Shown here in pieces: positions 30,491 to 39,299 of a DNA stretch of 64,000 nt. Every line of letters starts with the position of its first letter. Position 1 is the first letter of the stretch. The stretch covers positions 96,001 to 160,000 of the forward strand of contig CAVYNY010000018.1 of NCBI GenBank assembly GCA_963769935.1, read 5' to 3'. The translations under genes and the position numbers were made by a program. The stretch comes from an uncultured delta proteobacterium (GTDB lineage: Bacteria; Desulfobacterota; Desulfobacteria; Desulfobacterales; JAFDCJ01). The notes under the pieces are model-generated. The model saw only the letters and a program-made list of their open reading frames with translations. It had not been told where the DNA came from and did no database searches.

Positions 30491-30872
30491 ATGCAGGTTA
30501 AGGACAAAGTTGTAGTTGTCACCGGCGGCGCCAGTGGTATCGGAGCGGCCTTGTGCCGCCGTTTTCGCCGGGAAGGAGCGCGCGCCGTCATTGTAGCGGA
30601 TTTGGACGGCGACGGCGCACGGCAGGTGGCGGAGGATATCGGCGGTTTAGGATTACAGGCCGATGCTGGGAGATTTCACCGCCGGCGGTCCGCAGGGCGT
30701 CGACGGTGTATTAACAGCGGAGCAGGTGGCTGAAAGCGTCATCGACGGTCTGGCCGCCGCAACCTTTCTGATTCTGCCCCACGAGAAGGTGCGTCTTTAC
30801 CTGCAGCGCAAAACCTCGGACTATGACCGCTGGCTGAACGGCATGCGCCGTCTGAGGCGCTCGTTCGCCTAA
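30491..30872 (+). pseudogene. SDR oxidoreductase with a large internal deletion and frameshift
   Basis: The N-terminus (VVTGGASGIG...GLQAD) joins an SDR C-terminus (MLG...FLILPH...YDRWL) in another frame at about 30660; NNAG and YxxxK core missing. Confidence 0.8.
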
Positions 30873-30881
30873 GGCACCATC

Positions 30882-31853
30882 CTATATCATGTTGATAACA
30901 ATCAGCAGCACCGGTAATACCACCACCAGCAGGGCAGTGGTGAAGAACCAGCAGGAATTGGCCAGATCCAGATCCAGATTGTAAATGGAGGGCGGTATCA
31001 GGGCATTGAAGGCAACCGGCATGGAAGAAAGAACTATGACAACCTTCAACGGCAGACCGTTCTGGATGTGACCGTATCCCAAAAAGTACGCCGGCAGGGA
31101 CACCAGCACCGGGACCAGAACAAATTTGATGAGCGAAATCGACACGCATTCCCGAAGGTAGGCCCCTATTTTACGAAATTCCATGGCCATCCCGATGGAT
31201 AGCAGCAATAACAAAGTCAAAAGCGGCACAAAAACGGATATGATAATTTTGTAAAACTCCGGTCTTTGAACACCGCTGATGTTGAGCAGCCCGCCGATGG
31301 CTAGAGCGGACACGGCCACGATCAGGTAGGGGTCGCGCGCCAGGTGCTTCAGGAGCCCCCGGGCGGGAGCGTCGTGCCGGCTGCTGCCTAAATATTTTGC
31401 GACGGGAAATCCGATGCCGTAATAGGCTATCTCTTGAAACAATTTAAATATGGCCACCAGGGCAAAACCAGCCTCCCCCAGAAAAATATAACAGACCAGG
31501 GTGCCGATGGCGCCGATATTGGTGAAAAAGCCGCAGCCGAACAGCGCCCCGGTTTTTCTGCCCTCCAGATCCAGCAACCTGGAAGCGCCGACCGCCAAGG
31601 CCCCTCCGAGCAAATAGGTAGACAGTCCGAAAAAAGGCAGAGCGAAAAGCGCGGCATTTTTTAAGTTCACAATCCAGACCGCACCCACGATGGCGACCGG
31701 ATTGAAAAAAAGAAGCGCCACTTTCTGCAGCAGTATCCTTAAATCATCAAGGGGAATGCCAAACGAAACCTGTTTGCGCCGGACGATGATTTGAGTCACA
31801 TAGCCCAGCAGCAGCCCCACGAAAATAATCGCAAACGAATAGATAAACTTCAA
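30882..31853 (-). CDS. AEC-family (auxin efflux carrier-like) membrane transporter
   Basis: About 10 hydrophobic segments; FTNIG, LIKFVLVP and SSMPVAFN motifs. Confidence 0.8.
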   Translation of the reverse strand: MKFIYSFAIIFVGLLLGYVTQIIVRRKQVSFGIPLDDLRILLQKVALLFFNPVAIVGAVWIVNLKNAALFALPFFGLSTYLLGGALAVGASRLLDLEGRKTGALFGCGFFTNIGAIGTLVCYIFLGEAGFALVAIFKLFQEIAYYGIGFPVAKYLGSSRHDAPARGLLKHLARDPYLIVAVSALAIGGLLNISGVQRPEFYKIIISVFVPLLTLLLLLSIGMAMEFRKIGAYLRECVSISLIKFVLVPVLVSLPAYFLGYGHIQNGLPLKVVIVLSSMPVAFNALIPPSIYNLDLDLANSCWFFTTALLVVVLPVLLIVINMI

Positions 31854-32390
31854 AATCTGAAACCTTCAACTTGATATTCGGCAACTGTCGGACAATTCTC
31901 CCGGCCTTCCGACCGCGCATCATTCACCACCTAACCGGTAAAACAGCTAAAATATAAGACAGGATTCGCGCGAGACAATTTTCGGCAAAGTCAATCCCCC
32001 ATCGTTGGCTGTCTTGCTTTCTTAATTGACACCGGCCCCCCAACTCACTATTCTATACCATTTAGCAACACCCTGTTCCTGCCGGTGGGCCGGCTGCGCC
32101 CATCTTTTATTTCTCGCTATTTTATGTAGTTATATAATTATAAGCATCCAAGTACCGTCATGGTGTTTTCAAACTACAATCACTCACACGCTAAGGCCGT
32201 TGCGGATTCCGGTAAGACGCTGGGGGAAGTCCATGTCGGGGCCTCCCTGGACTTCATCGAGCAGGATATACATCGGGAACGCCTGTCGATCCTTTGGATG
32301 ACGGTGCCGAATCCAAAGCACCGCTCTCGTTTTAAGCATTGACCCGTCGAATGCTGAAGGAAGTCGATTAATATCGTGAATCTATCCTAA

Positions 32391-32546
32391 GGGTTCACGA
32401 AAAAATTAATTCACAGTTTTAGGTGTTGAGGCGCTCTTCCGGCAAGGCGCGAAAACGCAGGAATATCTGGATATTCCGAGCTTTCGCAACGCAGCCGTAA
32501 GAGATGCATCGGCGTATAAAATGTGAAGTTATTTTTGAGTGAGCCC
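32391..32546 (+). mobile_element. ~155-bp MITE family B, copy 1 (TAA target duplication)
   Basis: taa|GGGTTCA...TGAGCCC|taa; near-identical to 33967-34121; central hairpin gcgaaaacgcaggaatatctggatattccgagctttcgc. Confidence 0.9.
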
Positions 32547-33022
32547 TAAGGATTCAATTTTTTCAGCATGGTCCCGGCAGCAGGTTTGGGCCGCAGCAGG
32601 AATGAAACCAGAAATGCCGCGCAAGCGGCCAGCAGAAAACGGGCGCTGATCAAAACCCACCAGTTGGCCCCCAGAGCAATAAAAATCAGGGTGTCTTCGA
32701 TGACACTATGGCAGATCCCCAGGAAGACGAGCACCAGCGTTAAATCTCTTTTTGTCAGGCTGCCTTCCCTGGCAAAGGCAATGATAACCCCCGAGCCGAT
32801 GACGATCCCCAGAAAAAAACCCGCCAGCAGTGGAAAGGCGGCCCGGTTGGAAAGTTTAAGCCGCTTCATGAGCGGCTGCAGAAGTCCGGCGGCCCGGTCC
32901 AACAGATGGGCGTCCCGCAATAACGCCAAACCAACCATCACAGGTATAATGACGGCGGCCAGCAACAGCGTGATCCGGACACTGCTGGTGAGTATTTCAC
33001 GGATGATGAGCGGCCAGTCCAG
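32546..33022 (-). CDS. Nucleoside-recognition (Gate) domain membrane protein, SpmB-like; probable CTG start
   Basis: PLLAGFFLGIVIGSGVI and FLGICHSVIEDT motifs; frame extends upstream of TTG 32965 to CTG 33022 behind AAGGTGGTG. Confidence 0.75.
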   Translation of the reverse strand: MDWPLIIREILTSSVRITLLLAAVIIPVMVGLALLRDAHLLDRAAGLLQPLMKRLKLSNRAAFPLLAGFFLGIVIGSGVIIAFAREGSLTKRDLTLVLVFLGICHSVIEDTLIFIALGANWWVLISARFLLAACAAFLVSFLLRPKPAAGTMLKKLNP

Positions 33023-33354
33023 TTTTCACCACCTTTCAGCAATTTAGACCCAAAATTTGTTTCGCTGGGAATCTGCTGTTTGGGCATTAAAGGTGTCAGG
33101 TTTCGGGTGTCAGTGGATTGGAGTCAAGAGGGCGTCAGTAATCTTATTGCTGGACTTGCAATCCCTACCTCCGCTGGATTCAAAACACCCGGTTTGTAAC
33201 GCATGAATCGAAAAAATCTGACCTGAAATCTGCGATTTTTCCTGATCGGCATTTTCACTTTTGGTTTCTGAGTTCTCGAGTTGTACCCTGACACCCGAGA
33301 CCTGCATTTTAACCAATAAATTTGACAATATAAATCGGCCGGGGCCGAATCGCA

Positions 33355-33795
33355 TCAACCCAATTGTGGCATCAGGCTGCCGACCAGCTTCATCAAAGCG
33401 CCGGCCGAAAAAGCCGTAACCAGTCGAATACCCAAAATAGGCCAGGCTGAAATGCCGGTTTTCTTGATAACGGCTGATTCCAGCACAAGTTCGTGGCAAC
33501 AGCACAGCATGACGGCCACAATCGTAATCTGCCAGGCCGATAAACTCAGCGCAATAATGATTGCAAGGGCGGCGTAGAAATTAAAGAGCATTCCCGTCAC
33601 CACTGCCAGGGCGGCCTCGCCGGGCAGCCCCACAAATCGCATCAACGGATCGCCTGCCAGTGAAATCCATTTGATAACCGGTGTGTGCTCCAGCACCTTA
33701 ACGGCAGCAAAAACAGGGATAATGACCTTGAGCAAGGTAAAAAAGGTTTTTAGGCCGTCGGCCATTCCATTTTTCCAGGTGTCTTTTGTGATCAA
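33355..33795 (-). CDS. Nucleoside-recognition (Gate) domain membrane protein, partner of the downstream gene
   Basis: PLMRFVGLPGEAAL, NFYAA and CCHELVLES motifs. Confidence 0.8.
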   Translation of the reverse strand: MITKDTWKNGMADGLKTFFTLLKVIIPVFAAVKVLEHTPVIKWISLAGDPLMRFVGLPGEAALAVVTGMLFNFYAALAIIIALSLSAWQITIVAVMLCCCHELVLESAVIKKTGISAWPILGIRLVTAFSAGALMKLVGSLMPQLG

Positions 33796-33966
33796 TTTTT
33801 CCTTCCGGGCGCAGCGATAAAATTCACTTCCGACAGAAACTGACTAAGTCCGGATAACAATCACACCCGGGCATATTTTGCAACACCAATTTACCTCGTC
33901 GAGAAGTTGAACTGTCCTTTAAAGGTTTTTGCAAAAATGCCAATATAGTCTACTGAAGGTCTCTTA

Positions 33967-34121
33967 GGGCTCAAGAAAATATTAATTCACAGTTTTAGCG
34001 TTGAGGCGCCCGACTGACAAGGCGCGAAAACGCAGGAATATCTGGATATTCCGAGCTTTCGCAACGCCGCCAGCCGGGATGCATCGGCGTATAAAATGTG
34101 AAGTTATTTTTGAGTGAGCCC
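33967..34121 (+). mobile_element. ~155-bp MITE family B, copy 2 (TTA target duplication)
   Basis: tta|GGGCTCA...TGAGCCC|tta. Confidence 0.9.
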
Positions 34122-34223
34122 TTAGACAAGGATGTCTCCGGGGAGCAAAAAATGGCTATATAACCGCTTTAATCGGTTTGCCATTGATAACATGCACTGC
34201 AGATCTAATAAAATGGGTATGGT

Positions 34224-35621
34224 ATGGCCAGGATTTTGATTATCGATGATGAGCCCATCCTTTGCGAATATTTGCGCGATTTATTTAGTGATGCGAATCA
34301 TGAGGTTCTTTTCGTTCATACATTGAAAGACGGTATCAATTTCTTGTCTCAGGACAGTTTTGATGCTGTGTTTCTTGATGTTATGCTTCCCGACGGCAAC
34401 GGTCTCAGCGGCCTAAGGCAGATGCGGGACGCGCCGTCGTCCCCGGAAATTATTATCATTACCGGGGCGGCGAATCGATCTGAGGCCGAGATAGCGATCA
34501 AAAACGGGGCCTGGGATTATATTCAAAAACCGTTTACAATGTCACAGATCAAAGATTGCCTGAGCAGCGTGTTGCAATACCAACGGGAAAGAGCCAGCCG
34601 GCCGTCACCAGGACGAGTGGTCCACAAGAACATTATCGGTGCCAGCTCCCAAATGAAGCGTTGCCTCGCCCAACTTGCGCCGGCCGCTTTTAGTGATGCC
34701 AGTGTCCTTATTACCGGCGAAACCGGTACTGGAAAAGAGCTGTTTGCCAGGGCGATCCATGACAACAGTCTCCGGAAAATCAATAATTTTGTCATCGTAG
34801 ATTGTGCGGCCCTGCCGGAGCCTCTGGTGGAAAGCACCCTGTTCGGACATGAAAAAGGCGCTTTCACCAGTGCCGATCAAAGCCAGGAAGGCCTTATCAA
34901 ACAGGCCCATAATGGAACGCTTTTCCTCGATGAAGTTGGAGAACTCCCGCTCTCAGTTCAGCGATCCTTTTTGCGCGTGCTCCAGGAACATCGTTTTCGG
35001 CCGGTTGGCAGCAAGCATGAAATAGAAAGTAATTTCAAGCTGGTTGCGGCAACCAATCAGGACCTTGATCAAATGGTCCAGAAGGGAACTTTTCGCCGGG
35101 ATCTTTTATTCAGGCTCCGATCGATTGCAATTGATTTGCCGCCGTTGCGCGAGAGAACCGGCGATATAAAGATAATGACCGCTCATTTCCTGAAGAAACT
35201 CTCCAATCGATACCAAATTAAAGAAAAAAAGATTTCCCCTGATTTTATGGATATCCTGGCAAACTACCATTGGCCGGGAAACATAAGGGAGCTGATCAAT
35301 GCTCTCGAAAAATCAATTTCAACGGCTCAAGGCTGTCCGACATTGTTCTCGATGCATCTTCCTACCAACATCAGAATTCATGTCGTGCAATCATCGGTTG
35401 ACCCGGCGGAAGAATATCTGAACCCCCAACGATTTCAGACGGATGATACCAAACCAATTCCGAATTTGAAAAAGTTGCTGGCCTCGGCCGAAAAGAAATA
35501 TCTTCAGAAGTTAGTTTCCCATACCAGCGGCAATGTCAACAAAATCTGTTGGATATCCGGCCTGTCCCGCTCTCGCGTTTATGAACGACTGAAGAAATAT
35601 GATATATCCCTCCGCGCTTAG
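34224..35621 (+). CDS. Sigma54-dependent response regulator (NtrC family)
   Basis: REC, GETGTGKE, LFGHEKGAFTSA, WPGNIREL and C-terminal HTH. Confidence 0.94.
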   Translation: MARILIIDDEPILCEYLRDLFSDANHEVLFVHTLKDGINFLSQDSFDAVFLDVMLPDGNGLSGLRQMRDAPSSPEIIIITGAANRSEAEIAIKNGAWDYIQKPFTMSQIKDCLSSVLQYQRERASRPSPGRVVHKNIIGASSQMKRCLAQLAPAAFSDASVLITGETGTGKELFARAIHDNSLRKINNFVIVDCAALPEPLVESTLFGHEKGAFTSADQSQEGLIKQAHNGTLFLDEVGELPLSVQRSFLRVLQEHRFRPVGSKHEIESNFKLVAATNQDLDQMVQKGTFRRDLLFRLRSIAIDLPPLRERTGDIKIMTAHFLKKLSNRYQIKEKKISPDFMDILANYHWPGNIRELINALEKSISTAQGCPTLFSMHLPTNIRIHVVQSSVDPAEEYLNPQRFQTDDTKPIPNLKKLLASAEKKYLQKLVSHTSGNVNKICWISGLSRSRVYERLKKYDISLRA

Positions 35622-35648
35622 TCCCTGTTCCCGCACTACCTGTTTTCT

Positions 35649-35695
35649 CCCGATTTTGGGATTGAAAATTCAGCCAAGCGTCCCAATTTCAGGAC
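35649..35695. promoter_or_regulatory. Paired imperfect palindromes, candidate UAS
   Basis: tcccgattttggga and tcccaatttcagga, 100-140 bp upstream of the sigma54 site, followed by an AT-rich tract. Confidence 0.5.
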
Positions 35696-35791
35696 AATTC
35701 CATCATCGTTCTCTTTTTCCGCTTGAACAGAAGATATTCCATCTATCTAAAAATATTAGATAAAATATAAAAATAGACTGATAAATTTTAT

Positions 35792-35807
35792 TGGCACATC
35801 TCTTGCT
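35792..35807 (+). promoter_or_regulatory. Sigma54 (-24/-12) promoter of the chemosensory operon
   Basis: TGGCAC-ATCTC-TTGCT. Confidence 0.85.
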
Positions 35808-35874
35808 GAAAAACCCTGTGCGCAATGCCTCAGTAAGCGCATTTGATTTTAAAGCACACCATTTAGGGGGGGAT

Positions 35875-36264
35875 GTGCGCGTATTATTCTACGCTTCAAT
35901 TAAAACAGCAGGCGCCAATCGCTTGGTTGAATTGGTCAAGATCCTTATACCCGGAAAAAGTCTCGAGATATTTGATTCGATCGATAGCATTTCCGTACGG
36001 CTGCGTTATCCCCGAATAGAGCCGATAATCACGGTTATTCAAGTTGCCAGCCGGCAGGAGCTTACCAACATACTCGGTATGAGTGAGTTGGTGGAGGATA
36101 CGAGCCTTTTTCTTGTTTTGCCCGACCGCAGACCCGATACTGTTTCTCAAGGGTATCGGCTCCGACCGCGGTACATCACTTACCGTGATGCCGACCTTGC
36201 GGCGGGAGCCGCTGTTTTGAAAAAAATGTTTGATAAGATCAATCATTGGTCTGTGAGAGCTTGA
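35875..36264 (+). CDS. Hypothetical protein, possibly a degenerate receiver-like fold
   Basis: Alpha/beta pattern with LVLPD...LRPRYI; GTG 35875 chosen because the longer ORF starts inside the sigma54 promoter. Confidence 0.6.
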   Translation: MRVLFYASIKTAGANRLVELVKILIPGKSLEIFDSIDSISVRLRYPRIEPIITVIQVASRQELTNILGMSELVEDTSLFLVLPDRRPDTVSQGYRLRPRYITYRDADLAAGAAVLKKMFDKINHWSVRA

Positions 36265-36394
36265 GCAGGCGAAATACAGTGGTGGAAGGTTTCGGGCGGC
36301 TGAGCAATATTGGCCCAAGCCATGGAAGCAACTTCTGCATCGGCGCAGATTCAATGCAGGCCGTCAAATTAAATCGATTTGGTGATCATCAAAA

Positions 36395-38122
36395 ATGAAT
36401 GAAGATTCAATACCAAAATCTGTATTGATTGTGGATGATGACAGGGATTTTCTTTTTTGTGTAGAAAATTTCCTCAAAGTCTACACGGACCAAATCGAAG
36501 TATTAATTGCCTCGAACGGCCTGCAAGCCTTGCAAATATTGGAGACCAGAAGAGTGGATCTTCTGGTAACCGATATTAAGATGCCCGAGATGGATGGAAT
36601 AGAATTACTGTCCCGCCTGAGCCTGAAAAATCTGGACATCCATGTCATCGTAACCACCGCCTTTGCCACGAGGGAAAATATAGAGCGGTTGAACAAAGTC
36701 GGTCAATTTTATTACCTGGCGAAGCCATTTAGTCTGGAGAACTTTGGCAAGAAGATTTTAAGTGTTTTAAGAGAAAAATCGGAAGCATCCGCCGGCCAGT
36801 TTACCTTGGCAAATTTACTGCAGTTGCTCCATATGGAACAAAAAACCTGCACACTCCTGGTGAAATCAAACGGGAAAGTCGGCTACCTTTACCTCAGAAA
36901 TGGGGAGTTGATAAATGCGGAGACGAATGGAATCGAGGGCCCGGAGGCAGCAAAAATAATTATTTCCTGGGGGAATGCCCAAACGGAGATTCAGGGAACC
37001 TGTCAAAAAGAAAGAAAAATTCATACGACTATCATGTCCATCCTGCTGGAGGCGACCCGATTTGCCGATGAAAATCGTGCCTCCCTTTTTTACACCGATT
37101 TGCTGGAAAAGGCGATTGAGTTGGCTGAAGGCCGACATTTTAAAGAAGCGAAAGGGATATTATCTCAGCTATTAAAGCACGATAATCGGAATGCTAAAGC
37201 GTGGCTGTGGCTTTCCAGAGTCGCCGAAAGCATAAAGACCATCAAAGTATCATTAACCAACGCGGCCAAGATTGCACCGGAAGATCCTAAAATTGCAGCG
37301 GAGGTCGTAAATTTCAATCGAATCACAAACCAGTTGAAAGAAGGACAGTTTCATCGATGCCCGTTTTGCTGGTTCCCCTTCAAGAAGGGCAGCTACCAGT
37401 GTCCAAATTGTGGGGGCCATTTGACAGTTTATGATCGACTGTTAAAGTCCGCACCGGTTGGAGATAAAAGAATCTTTATAGAAACCGTTGATAGGTTCAG
37501 CAGGGCAATCTGTCGCGAAAAAAACGCTAAGGTGCACTATTATTTGGGCCTGGCGCATCTCAATCTGGCGAACTGGGAGGATGCACTTACCCACCTGGAT
37601 AAATCCGTAAAGCTTGCGCCGACGAATAAATCTTATGCCTATCAATTGCAGACTTTGCTGAACCATATGGCTTCTGCCAAAGCGATCCCGGCCAAAGAGT
37701 TGCGATTTCAACAGAAAGAATCGGATCAACCGCGGGTGCTTCACGAAAGCCCGGTCGAAAGAAAAAAGATCCTGGTCGTCGAAGACAGCTCGACGATACG
37801 CAAAGTCATATCGGTCACCCTAGGTCAAACCGGATATGAGATCATCGAGGCCGGAGACGGACTTGAGGCTCTGAGCAAACTGAATGAATCCAGCCCCGAT
37901 TTAATCCTGCTGGATATAATCTTGCCCAAGATGGACGGTTATAAAATTCTTTCCATCATAAAAGAGAATCCTGATTTTTGCGACATTCCGGTAATCATGC
38001 TGACGAGCAAAGATGGTATTCTCAATAAAGTAAAAGGTAAAATGGCCGGGTCGGCAGCCTATCTGACCAAGCCGTTTGATCCGGCTCAACTTGTTGAGAC
38101 GATTGAGCGGCATCTCAAATAG
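36395..38122 (+). CDS. Multidomain response regulator REC-DUF4388(PatA-N)-TPR-zinc ribbon-TPR-REC (PilG/PatA-like)
   Basis: Two REC domains; LANLLQLLHMEQKTCTL...GYLYLRNGELINA; CPFC..CPNC; TPR-like helices; AYLTKPF. Confidence 0.85.
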   Translation: MNEDSIPKSVLIVDDDRDFLFCVENFLKVYTDQIEVLIASNGLQALQILETRRVDLLVTDIKMPEMDGIELLSRLSLKNLDIHVIVTTAFATRENIERLNKVGQFYYLAKPFSLENFGKKILSVLREKSEASAGQFTLANLLQLLHMEQKTCTLLVKSNGKVGYLYLRNGELINAETNGIEGPEAAKIIISWGNAQTEIQGTCQKERKIHTTIMSILLEATRFADENRASLFYTDLLEKAIELAEGRHFKEAKGILSQLLKHDNRNAKAWLWLSRVAESIKTIKVSLTNAAKIAPEDPKIAAEVVNFNRITNQLKEGQFHRCPFCWFPFKKGSYQCPNCGGHLTVYDRLLKSAPVGDKRIFIETVDRFSRAICREKNAKVHYYLGLAHLNLANWEDALTHLDKSVKLAPTNKSYAYQLQTLLNHMASAKAIPAKELRFQQKESDQPRVLHESPVERKKILVVEDSSTIRKVISVTLGQTGYEIIEAGDGLEALSKLNESSPDLILLDIILPKMDGYKILSIIKENPDFCDIPVIMLTSKDGILNKVKGKMAGSAAYLTKPFDPAQLVETIERHLK

Positions 38123-38141
38123 AACAAAAGGAGATTCATGT

Positions 38142-38507
38142 ATGCGTAAATTGAAAGTTTTGGTTGTCGATGACAGCCCTACCGACTTGAAACTGATGAG
38201 TGAACCGTTCATATCGCAGGGGTATGATTTAATTACGGCGAAAGACGGTGAGGAAGCCCTCGAAAGAGCGACGCTCGAGCGACCCGATCTGATTGTGCTC
38301 GACGTCATCATGCCCAAGCTCAATGGGTTCAAAGTCTGTCGCCAGATAAAAAGTTCAGGCAAACTCAAAGACATAAAAATTATCCTGTTAACCAGCAAAA
38401 ACCAGGAAAGTGATAAATTCTGGGGAAAAAAACAGGGAGCCGATGCTTATATGACAAAACCATTCAGCGGTGAGCACTTGCTGGCCATCGCTGAAAAGCT
38501 CTTTTAA
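38142..38507 (+). CDS. Single-domain response regulator, PilH/CheY-like
   Basis: VVDDSPT, LDVIMPKLNGF and LTSKNQESDKFWGKKQGADAYMTKPF motifs. Confidence 0.92.
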   Translation: MRKLKVLVVDDSPTDLKLMSEPFISQGYDLITAKDGEEALERATLERPDLIVLDVIMPKLNGFKVCRQIKSSGKLKDIKIILLTSKNQESDKFWGKKQGADAYMTKPFSGEHLLAIAEKLF

Positions 38508-38599
38508 GTAAAAATGCGCCGCTGGCAGATAAACGCTTTTGTAAGCTGAAATGACCGTCAACCTGTATCTGCCACAGCCAACAGCGAGGCTAATCAGTT

Positions 38600-39229
38600 A
38601 TGGATATTAGGAACGATTCTGAAGAAAGCATCCGCCGCTGGATTCAAACAGAGCCGGATAACCCCCGGCTGCCGTTAAATAGTTTGATTGCGAAAATTGA
38701 TCGCGAAACCGGAGAAACGGTTTCGCCCGAATCGCTGAATGAAGCCGGTTCGCACAAATCGGAAAGGGCGGGCGACCGCCTGCAACACCAGTTTATTCTT
38801 TTTGCCATGGAGCGTACTCTTTTTGCCCTGCCGCTTTCCAGCGCCCTGGAAATCGGACACCGGCCCGATATTACCCCCCTGCCCAATCTGCCGCATTGGG
38901 TAATGGGTATCAGTAACATCCGGGGGGAGATCATCTCCTTTGTAAATCTGAAAGCTTTTCTGGGAATCCCTTTCACTGGAAAAAAGGGGAACGACCGTTT
39001 CATCATCATCCATAATAAGCGCCTGAAGACCGGAATAATAGTGGACGGCATCCGGGGAATTGTTGTGCTGAACCGAATAGACCATGATATTCAAAACAGC
39101 CCGTACCGACAAGGAGATATCGCCAGGTATATTTTGGGAGTTGCCGTCTCGGGCGAAAACCTGATGAATATTCTGGATATTGACCGGCTGTTATCTTCTC
39201 AGCGAATGAACAGCTTCAAAGCCGATTAG
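38600..39229 (+). CDS. CheW/PilI-like adaptor
   Basis: ITPLPNLPHWVMGISNIRGEIISFVNL and GIIVD motifs. Confidence 0.9.
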   Translation: MDIRNDSEESIRRWIQTEPDNPRLPLNSLIAKIDRETGETVSPESLNEAGSHKSERAGDRLQHQFILFAMERTLFALPLSSALEIGHRPDITPLPNLPHWVMGISNIRGEIISFVNLKAFLGIPFTGKKGNDRFIIIHNKRLKTGIIVDGIRGIVVLNRIDHDIQNSPYRQGDIARYILGVAVSGENLMNILDIDRLLSSQRMNSFKAD

Positions 39230-39299
39230 AGAATGCCGCCGGGGATGAAAAAACGAATTAAAACCAATTAACCTTGCCGACTGCATAAGGAGACAGTTT

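Noticed and set aside
32160..32342. 60-aa ORF MVFSNYNHSH...
   Set aside because: No clear RBS or recognisable family; possibly a gene remnant next to the MITE, but not supportable.
32391..34121. Composite transposon carrying the two Gate-domain genes
   Set aside because: Each MITE has its own different 3-bp duplication (TAA versus TTA), indicating independent insertions; no transposase is present.
35791..35874. N-terminal extension of the 157-aa ORF
   Set aside because: It begins inside the sigma54 -24/-12 element, so it would not be on that transcript.
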